Assembly: GCF_009914755.1 (NCBI RefSeq)
Contig: NC_060929.1
Source of the DNA: the human T2T-CHM13v2.0 reference genome, Homo sapiens
Length of the DNA stretch: 64,000 nt
Direction: 5' to 3' (one strand)
Position numbers and translations under genes: made by a program. The notes below the pieces were generated by a model. The model did no database searches. It was not told the origin of the DNA and saw nothing but the letters and a program-made list of their open reading frames with translations. This document shows positions 51,503 to 64,000 of the stretch, one piece after another. The first letter of the stretch is position 1; each line of letters opens with the position of its first letter.

Positions 51503-52309
51503 TGAAATATTGTGATTATACGTATATATAGGTCACCATACATATTCTGATTTTACATATCCTTTAATTTCTACCATTTTCAACAACATGAATGATTCTG
51601 GAGTAAATTCTTAACATTCTTTCATGTAAATTCTTATGCGTTAAAATGGCCTAAAGTTTAGTGAAGAAATAAAAATGACTCATATTGAAAATTAAACAAC
51701 AAAAGGATGCCTCAAACATGTAACATACTAAGTTCACAATATCGCACAGAAATTTAATGGCAGCGAGTCTTCACAAGTAGCTTCTTACCATTATCCATAA
51801 AGGGAAATGGCAAGCAAGCAAGCAAAGAAAAAAATCCTTGTGTCTCACTAAAGTATATCATTGATTGGTTTACATTTCTTCAGAGCCTATTTACTGGAAT
51901 AGGAAACAAAAACAATCAGAGGGAAAAGGGTTCTATCAACTATAAACTTTGTCTTATTTATTTTTCCCTGATAATTATAGGAATTTTAGAAATGCTAAAC
52001 AATATGAGTATTTCTTCTAACACAAGACAACCACTTAAATATTTCTATATATTTCTATCTAGACAATTTTTTCTAAGCATATATTTTATTTTTAATGTAA
52101 CCTAAAACACTATATGTTTGTTTTTACATTTTCCAGATTAAATGTGCAGTTTTAATAACATTCCATTCCATGTGTTTCTATCATTTTATGAATAAGTATA
52201 TACATCAGGGTCTCATAATAAAATATAAATCCCATTTTCCAATAAAATGATAAACATCTCTTGATATTTGGGGATATTTTTTGAAATACATTTCTACAAA
52301 TAGAATTGA

Positions 52310-52804
52310 CCTGTTTCCCACTTAGAAAAAAAAGTGCAGCTTGCTGTCAGCATTCATTTAATTTTATATACACATGCTCTTTGAAACTGAAGCAAATTTG
52401 ATTAATTTTCAATGTGAAAATAAAATATAAAAACTGTTCTTGGAGTTATTTCTAAACAGAACATCAGAATCATCTGAATCATCTGAATTGTCTACGGAAA
52501 AATCAGATTCATCAAATTAATCTTCAGCCAACCACTGTTTTGAGAACATTGTGTAGAAATGCTGGGAGTTTCTAGGATTTGACATTTTCAGCTGTCAAGA
52601 ATTACTATATTTTGTAAGTATCAATACCACTACTAAAAACAAAATGGTATAAACAGAATTATGTATTTATTTCCAAAGTTGACATACTGGACCGGTGCAA
52701 AAATAACAATAAAAGAGAGATATTTCATTGCAAACTTATCTCAGGATAATCACTGCAACCACAAGTACTGCTGGTGAGTATTCTCAAGACAAATGGGAAA
52801 AGGG
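52310..52804 (-). mobile_element. MER75 (piggyBac-family non-autonomous DNA transposon)
   Basis: Termini cctgtttccc...gggaaaaggg flanked by TTGA/TTAA (piggyBac TTAA target). The interior 'aaaactgttcttggagttatttctaaacagaac' matches my recall of MER75. Confidence 0.88.
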
Positions 52805-52873
52805 TTAAAGGATATACTCATTGTTTAATATTTGTATATCTTTACCAAATTACCTTTGATGAATACTTTATAA

Positions 52874-53200
52874 CAGGGGCCCCCACCCCTACCAGGCCAC
52901 GGACCACTACACGTCTTTGCCCTGCCGGGAACGGGGCAGCACAGCAGGAGGTAAGCGGCCAGAGAGCTGGCGTTATCACCTGAGTTCTACCTCCTGTCAC
53001 ATCAATGGTGGCATTTGATTCTCCTAAGAGTGGGAATCTATTATTAACTGTGCATGGGAGGGATCTAGGTTGCATGCTTCTTGTGAGAATCTAACTAGTG
53101 TGTGACATGGAATTCTTTCATTCCAAAATCATACCCTACCGACTTTGTCTATGTCTTCCACAAAACTGATCCCTGGTGCCAAAAAGATTAGGGACCACTG
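52874..53200 (+). mobile_element. MER1B (hAT-Charlie)
   Basis: caggggc...gggaccactg termini with a perfect 8-bp TSD CTTTATAA (52866-52873 and 53201-53208). Confidence 0.9.
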
Positions 53201-53984
53201 CTTTATAAATATTTATACTTCATAAAAAGTGTTGTATCGCTTAATTCACCAGCATTTGACATTATAATTTGAATGTATTTGTCAATTTCACAGGTCTTTT
53301 TCTTCATGAGTACTACTAAACATGACAATATTTTTATATTTATAATCAATTATATTTCTGTGTTGTAAAATGTTGCTTGCTTATCTTTTTGTACCATTAT
53401 GCTTTTCTTGTCAATGGGTAAGCTGTAGCAAACCTTAGTCATATTTTCTTTTGTTTTGACACTTTTGTTTTTTACAACTAACTTTGATGTTGAAAAAAAG
53501 TTATATACTTTAATGCATTAGTCTTTCTTTTTATATTTGTACTTTAAAAGTGACATCTATATGTTATTCACTTTTTTGTTCTACCTTGTAAATCCAGCTC
53601 TTAGCAAATTCCCTTTAAGGATACTTAAAACAACCACTGTATGAACTATTTGCTGTGGCATATAACACATAAAATGTCTTCGTAAAAATGTATTTAAATA
53701 TGTGTTTGAGTGTAGTATTACTTAAATGTTTTGACATAGTGCACGTATTTATCATATATTATATAACTAAAAAAGAAAAAATTATTAAATCCATCCTAAA
53801 TAAAGAATTTATATCATTCTTCATTTTCTCTTGATGAGATTCAAAGCTGTTATAACTTATTTACATGGAAGTGTGGTGATTGAAAGGAAATATAATATAC
53901 ATAATCTTAATCAAAATTTACCACTTCTAAGAATTAATGAAGAATATGGTGAATAATTATGCAAACTCTTTTTTATAGTTTACT

Positions 53985-54820
<836 letters not shown>

Positions 54821-54977
54821 AGTTGGGCATTCAAAAAGGAGAGGATTTTCTAAGAAAATTGAATCACAGCATATAGCAACAATCACTACTAGCTTGTCAT
54901 AACTTTCTCAAACACTAGCTAGATACCTAGATAGAATTTCCAGTTCCTCAGAGGATGTGGCTAAGCAAGCCTAAAAT

Positions 54978-55364
54978 CTGTATAAAAATCAGCTAAAACA
55001 CCATGTTGTTTTAATTACTATAGCTTTGTAGTACATTTTGAAATCAGGTAGGGTGATACCTCCAGCTTCGTTTCTTTTGTTATTTGTTCTTTTTAGCTAA
55101 TCGGGGTCTTTTGTGGCTCTATATGAATTTTAGGATTTTTTTTTCCATTTCTGAGAAGAATGACATTGGAATTTTGATGGGGATTGCATTGAATCTACAG
55201 ATCACTTTGGGTGGTATGAACATTTAAACAATATTAGTTCTTCCAAATGCAAGAATTCAGGATATCTTTCTATTCATTCATTTTAAATTTCTTTTATCAG
55301 TGTTCAACAGTTTTCTGTATACAGATTTTCTTATCTCATTGAATAAATTTACTCCTAAGTATTT
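54978..55364 (-). mobile_element. L1M ORF2 fragment
   Basis: 'tgttttaattactatagctttgtagta...ttgatggggattgcattgaatctacagatcactttggg'. Confidence 0.8.
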
Positions 55365-56764
<1,400 letters not shown>

Positions 56765-57175
56765 AAGTATTTCATTTTTATACCTATATGATAACATCAC
56801 ATTGTAACCCATAAATATATACAAGTATTATTTGTCAATAAAATAAAAATTTAAAAAACAATAAAAACATTATTGTGTAAATAGAAAACAACAAATGTAG
56901 ACTTCAAATTAACAAGTAGTGAGTTTAAAACCTTTCATTTCTTAAATATAATAATGTAGTTTCTTAAGAAAAAGGATACAAGGAATTATGGGGAACCTGA
57001 GGGCTTCTGCTCATTTGATATTTCAAAGACCTTTAATTTTTAGAAATGTTCAATATGTGATTAACTAAAACAGAATCAAATTTTAATAAATGTTTGTTAA
57101 TAACTCCCCCTCCAAAAAAAAAACAGCTATAGTTTTATTTTACACTTCTACTTCCTATTAATCGTTTCACCTCAA

Positions 57176-57569
57176 CATTACGGGATAAACTGTATCCTCC
57201 CAAAATGCATATGTTGAAGTCCCACCCCACAGTACCTCAGAATGCAGCCATATTTGCAGACAAGGTCCTTAAAGGGTGATTCTGTTAAAATAAGGCCCCT
57301 AGGGTAAAAGCTTAATCCAAGATTACTGGCATCCTTTATAACAAGAGGAAGAAACACTGAGAGGGCCTGAACCCAGGGATGAGCACGTGAAGAGGCAGCA
57401 AGAAAGTGGCCATCTTCAAGCCAAGAAGAGAGATTTCAAAAGAGCCCAACCCTACCAAACTCTCATCTCTGACTTCCAGCCTCCAGAACTGGGATGAAAA
57501 TAAATTTCTGCTGTTAAAGCCACCCAGTCTGTGGTGGTTTGTTATGGCAGCCCTAGCAAATAGATATAC
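57176..57569 (+). mobile_element. MLT1B-like MaLR solo LTR
   Basis: 'gacttccagcctccagaactgggatgaaaataaatttctgctgttaaagccacccagtctgtggt...gcagccctagcaaa'. Confidence 0.82.
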
Positions 57570-57677
57570 TCACTAATGAAGATAAAGGTACTTGAGGGAA
57601 CTCTCTCTTCTCCTATGCTCCATAAAATGTGATATTGGGCTAAAAACTTTTTATAGTATATGAAATTCAATTTTAAA

Positions 57678-57865
57678 GTATTAGCTCACCAAGTGTGGTG
57701 TCTAGAGAAGCAGCATCAGCGTCAACTGGAAACTTTTTAGAAATGCAAATTTGTGAGCTTCAAGGCAATACTGACTCAGCAATTGGGGATGGGGGAAGGA
57801 ATCTGTTTCAGCCAGCCATCTAGGTGATCACACCTTAAGATACACCTTAAAGTTTGAGAACCCTG
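57678..57865. mobile_element. MER5A (hAT-Charlie)
   Basis: 'gcagcatcagcgtcaactggaaactttttagaaatgcaaat...aaagtttgagaaccctg'. Confidence 0.7.
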
Positions 57866-58289
57866 TGTTTCAAATGTACTGAACTAGAGCTCAGCTGAGT
57901 GCCATTTATAAGTGAGGCAGCCCAGGTGTAATAAAACAGGAAAGGTCTGGCACCATGGCAAATTAGGGAAGGCATCTCCACTGGGGTCAGGCCAGCCAAC
58001 TGGCTGATTAGTGTGGAATTTGACACAGTTACCAGAAATGGATTTTTTAGGAGGATATTTCCTGACTTTTAAATACTGGTACCCAATTCTAACCATTGTT
58101 GGAAAACCAAATAAAACATGCTTGCAGGACAGTTCCATCCTGCGTGACCTCCCATTAATAATAATTACAATAATAATAGACATTTTGGAGGAGAGTAGTA
58201 TGATACAATTTTTATTTCCCTATGCCTGTAAAAATTTGAGCTAGTAAATTCCAAGAGAAAGAGAAGATATTTAAAAATTTGCTTACTTT

Positions 58290-58617
<328 letters not shown>

Positions 58618-61518
58618 TCATATTCATGGTGATTTTTATGTATGTTGGAGTAGAAATTTAAATTTACCATATGCATATAATTCTTCACTCTACAAATGTA
58701 CAGTTTAAAACTTGACACTACTTTTTGTTTAGTGTTCTGATGATCCCAGGCAAGGCTTTGGTTTGGCTTTTATAAACAAGGCAGGCATATTTTTAATAGC
58801 ATGTCTCAGGTCGACTGAGGTCTGTTTTCAGAGCTTGGATGCTCCAGGTGGCATTCCCACTGCCATCTGTGACTTGAATGTGGGGATTTAAAGATGGAGA
58901 TATGCTGACTGGGACAGTTTCTCCACTGCTGACCATCTGCCACAGGGGCTGGAAACAGGGCTTGTAGTATTCAGTCTTCAGATGAAAGGTGAAATTAGCT
59001 GGCACCACTGTTCGAATGCCACTTTCTATTGCTGGACCTAAGCTAGGTTTTCGGATGCTGTTTACTTGTTTGAGGTGATTTTTTTGGTACCATTTAAAAA
59101 TGAATGCAGAGAGGGAATAAAGATTATTAAGTTCTTGATGATTATAAAGTAGGAACATTTGCAAGTGCCCTGAAAAACTAGTCTCTTCTCACCCTACACC
59201 TCAATTCCCACCGCAGGACTACAGCTGAGAATTTGCAGATGAAGTGTTCTGTTAGTAATACTCCCTTAAACCCTGACCAATTTTGGAAGCACATGAGTCG
59301 AAGTCACTTCAAGTAAAGGATTTAAAAGTGCACATATCAATTAAACCTATAAAAATAATTGATAGGATCTCTACATATTTTAACTAGACTGCTTCACTTT
59401 TATACTTTACTAAAACCAGTTAAATCAGATATCTAGTTCCTCATTGGTGTAAATGAATTTTCCCTTATGTTCTAAATGACAAATTCTATTTAGAAACAAT
59501 CTTAAATTAATTAAAGTAGTCATTTGGGAAAGAATTATAACCTTTGTGATAAAGATGAAAATATTAGCTTGGAGAGCTAGGTTGAAGACTTGTGCTATTT
59601 TGAGAATCACAAACCAAACATACGCCAGAGTTAGAATTTAAAATCTATCCTGTCTTTATCCAAGTGATAATAATAATAGTCTTTTTCTTCACAATTAAGT
59701 CATACATTCCTAAACACCCAGAATCCACAAGAGTCAAGTAATTATAGGTGACCTGTGACTTTCTTATCTCATGCCCAAATTCATCCTGAGGCACACAACT
59801 CTAACAGCTACTATTGTATAAATATTTCACACCTGATTAGAAGAGATCACCCTCTTTGAATGATTTACATTTTTCTCCTTTTCCAAATCCCAGTAGCCTT
59901 TTAAACTATAGTTCCTTCCCCTTAATTTCTTCACAATCATCATACTAGGCTTTTAGTTATCTTGTTCAGATTTCAGCAGGTCTATTGTACATGAGGATGA
60001 AGATAAGGTTACCATCCAGAGCATGGACTAGATGAGATGGAAAACAGTCCTCAACAGACTGTCATAGAAGAAGTATATGAGAAAACTAAACGCTTTGCTT
60101 TGAAGATTGACCACATATTTCCCATGGGTTTTTTTTCCTGTAAAAAATTGGTTCTTTCTACGACATTTGTTTTATTCACAAAATTTCTGCCTTTCTCCCA
60201 ACCTTGTTAACCTGAGATTAGCATAAATCAAACCCCCAAAAGAAGGGAGTTCAGTTGGACTCCCAAAAGAGTTGAAATTGGAGAAGCCATATAGATAAGT
60301 TTAAATAATCTCACCCTATATTATTAAGGGGCATATCCCAAATCTTCTTTGGATAAGACTTTAGAGATTTTGAAATTTCGTAGTTTAACATCAGGTCTGC
60401 ATCTGACCAGACATTTGATGAGGTTTCACAAGGACATATACTTTCTGTAAGTGGCCCCAATGTTCTTTTAAAGAAAAAAAAAAGAAAAATGAGAAACATT
60501 GTAGTATAATACAATAACTACAACATATAAATATGTGTTTTCTCTTTTTTTTATTTTCTTTTTTACCAATTCCCATCCAGATACAAGACAGAACTACATA
60601 ATCAAAATAAATAATTCATAGCCTTTTCCAGGTGACATCATACTGCAACTTACCTCAAGAAAAGCCATCTCCATCCCTGCATTTTTTTCTCAAGAGTGCT
60701 GATTCTGACTTAGGTCAAGCCTACTTTTATAAAAACAGTTTTCAACAAAACAAACATCATCTTGTAATTTAATGTTTTTGATTTAGATTCATCAACAATC
60801 AGACAACTATTTATTATGCTGAATCTTGAAGATACAGAAGATTACTATATGATCTTCAAACCCAAATATCACCCAGTAAATTCTCATTGTGGCTATCAGA
60901 AGGATTTATTTGCCTTCTTTGTGGAATGGAACTGGTCTAGCTATGTTAGCTATCTTGAACAAAATGATATAATTTATATTATGGGCTACATTACTATAAT
61001 AGTCATTTAAATATTCTGCTTCTAGAGACTACACATTTATCTTAAACTCCATCTATTTTCATAAACTAAATTTTAAACATGCCTAAAGTCATCATCGTCT
61101 AGATCTATACAATTTATTATATCATCAGATGAAAATGCATAAATTGGTAAAATGTCAACAACCACATAAACCACCCGCAATATGATTAATTCAGCATTAC
61201 CTTTCTCTAATGGCTATCATTTCTAATTTTTTTTCCCTTTCACATCAAGCATCACCAAAAACACACAAGAAGTCTAAAACCTAAGTTGATAATTATCATA
61301 TGAGGGCATGTTTGGTTATATCAAAAGCAATATAAAGAATATTGCGGCAATGTTTAGTGAAGTGATTATCTGTGAGAAGCCATCAGCTTACACCCTTCAC
61401 CTTATTATCAATCCTCAGTATTATTTAAGGCCATGGAGAAAACCATCATATAAGAATGTGCCTCCACATCCACTTGTCTTACTACTTTCTCCTCATCTTT
61501 CTTAGGTCCAGCCATCTA

Positions 61519-61927
<409 letters not shown>

Positions 61928-62784
61928 TCACCAGATGTTTCTTTTTAATTTGCACTAGATGTTTCTTTATTATTTGGGGTAATGATGAGAGTAGTGACCA
62001 GAAAGAAAAACTGGACCTTATTTATCATCCCCCAAACACTCTAGGATGCACCAAGATTGATCATTGCTGAGATTCAAGGGTTCTGAATAGGAAATCAGTC
62101 TCTAATCAGCAGAAACACATGCTACATATTTTAAACTTTTACATCTCAGGCAGCAAAAAGATCCTTTTTGTTTTACTACCGCAAACATAGATCTTCAGTG
62201 TTTAATCCTTAAATAGATCTTCAGTGTTTAATCCTCAGGAAAAATTTATAAGGCTTTTATGCATCGTATGGTTTTTTTCTGCTTAAAATCTATGATCTTC
62301 AAGTATCGGTTTTCAATGTCCCTTTAAATAGTCTTTCTGAAACTTGTCAGTTTATGACTATTATGACTTCTCTCCTCTCAGGTCATGAAGTTTCATCTTT
62401 CCAATCTAAGGATCATTTGAGTACACTGAAATAAGTTTTTGGAAATGGTCCATGGTTTACACATATAAAAAATAAATACTTAGACTCTGATGTTTTCATG
62501 TGGCACCCTCACATTTGGCTTCTTTCAACACAGTTTTTAGAGAAGGAAAATTTAAGTTTATAAATTGTGAGCGTTAGCTTCTTTGTCGCCACAAGTCTAT
62601 GCACACACTTCTCTTTGCACACACTGTTCCTTCAGTGGGTACATCCCTTACATTCTACATTGTAAAGCCAAGATGGAAACATTATTTGCTGTTTTAATTA
62701 ATAGCTAATTACATTCACCTCTGTGCTCATTTCATTTTATTTTTATCAACTTCATTCCCTTAAATTCAAAATCTTGCTACACCA

Positions 62785-63143
62785 CAGGTATGCTCCTTTG
62801 ATATGTTAACATGGCTCAGCTACAGTCTCCAGTTGTTCAACCAAACACGAATTTAGTTACTTCTGTGAACATTATTTTTGGATACGATTGAAGTATATAA
62901 TCAACTGACTTTAAATGAGAAAAAATTGTCCTAGCTACCAGAGGTCTTGTTTCAATCAGTTGAAAGACCTTAACAGCAGATGTGAGGCTTTCCTAATTAA
63001 GAAGAAATATAATCTGTAGACATCAGCTTCAACTCATGCCTAAGCATTCCAGTCTATCCTTCCTGAAGGCCTGCACTAAAAATTCTTGACTCATCATTCC
63101 TCACAATCATGTAAGCCAGTTTCTTGCAATAGAAAACTAATAC
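62785..63143 (+). mobile_element. MLT2 (MLT2D-like) ERVL LTR
   Basis: 'caatcagttgaaagaccttaa' and 'cacaatcatgtaagccagtttcttgcaata'. Confidence 0.7.
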
Positions 63144-63261
63144 AGTGTTTTGATGATGGAGATACAATTATAATCAATCAAGTAGAACTTATTTACTTCA
63201 TAAGGTTTTTCACATAACAGGAGAGAAAATAATAAATATACTCTTGGTACTCAAATTTCTC

Positions 63262-63744
63262 ATAGTTCTAATATTAACCGTTTTAAGAAACTACCACAAC
63301 ATTTGTGCCAAAAAGCAATACAAATTTACTGTCTTCCAGTTTTGGCATTCAGAAGCTCAAATGCATCTTTCTAAGCTAAAAATCAGGGTGTATGCAAGAC
63401 TGAATTCTCTCTGTGCCTGTAGGAAAATCTGTTTTCTTATGTTTTCCAGCTATTAGAGGCTGCCTGAAGTCCTTGGCTTATTGCACCTTCCTGTCTTCAA
63501 AACCAGCAGAGCAACATCTCCAAATCCCTCTCTGCCTATTTCTTTTTCTCTCCTTTTCCCACTTAGAAGGAGGCTTATGATTACATTGAGTCCACCCAGA
63601 AAATCCAGGATAATCTTCCCATCTCAAAGTTAGCTGATCAGCAAACTTTCACCTTACTCCTCTTTGCAGTGTAACCTATCATATTCAGAGGTTCCTGGGA
63701 CTATGATACCGACACCTTTGGGGGGCCATTGTTCTTCCTACCAC
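63262..63744 (-). mobile_element. MLT1C/D-like MaLR solo LTR
   Basis: 'gattacattgagtccacccagaaaatccaggataatcttcccatctcaa...gggggccattgttcttcctaccaca'. Confidence 0.78.
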
Positions 63745-64000
63745 ATCATCTATGGCACTTATATCCTTATTACTAAATTTATATTATTTCATGCTCTTTT
63801 CTGCCTTGAGCCCTCTAAGAAAGCATCCCCTGTTGACATAAATGTAAATGCCTTAATCAAATGTCCAGATTTGATGTATTTATTTATTTAATTTTATTTT
63901 TTATTCAATCCTCTCCAAGTGGTGACTACACTTAAGCTCATACCCTGGTGAGTCTACCAGTTTAATACTGGCTTGGAGATTCATCTGATTTTTTTCTCTA

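Overview
Human (primate) AT-rich, repeat-dense genomic DNA with no recognisable cellular gene, RNA gene or CRISPR array. The main feature is a full-length, young LINE-1 (L1HS, Ta-1d diagnostics) at 5650-11699. It has an intact 5'UTR and intact ORF0, ORF1 (338 aa) and ORF2 (1275 aa). After its poly(A) come about 380 bp of non-L1 sequence, a second poly(A), and only then the 19-bp target-site duplication. This is a 3' transduction that tags the element's source locus. The rest of the window is layered older transposons: a decayed near-full-length L1PA7/8-like element inside an L1MC-like element, about 11 Alu/FLAM copies, a complete MST (MaLR) provirus, a MER11 LTR nested in an Alu, THE1/MLT/ERV1 LTRs, an ERVL pol remnant, and DNA transposons (MER75 piggyBac, MER1B, MER20, MER5A). 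I found no new class of biological system; the best lead is a probably active L1 carrying a traceable transduction. Subfamily names are recalled from consensus sequences and were not checked by a database search.
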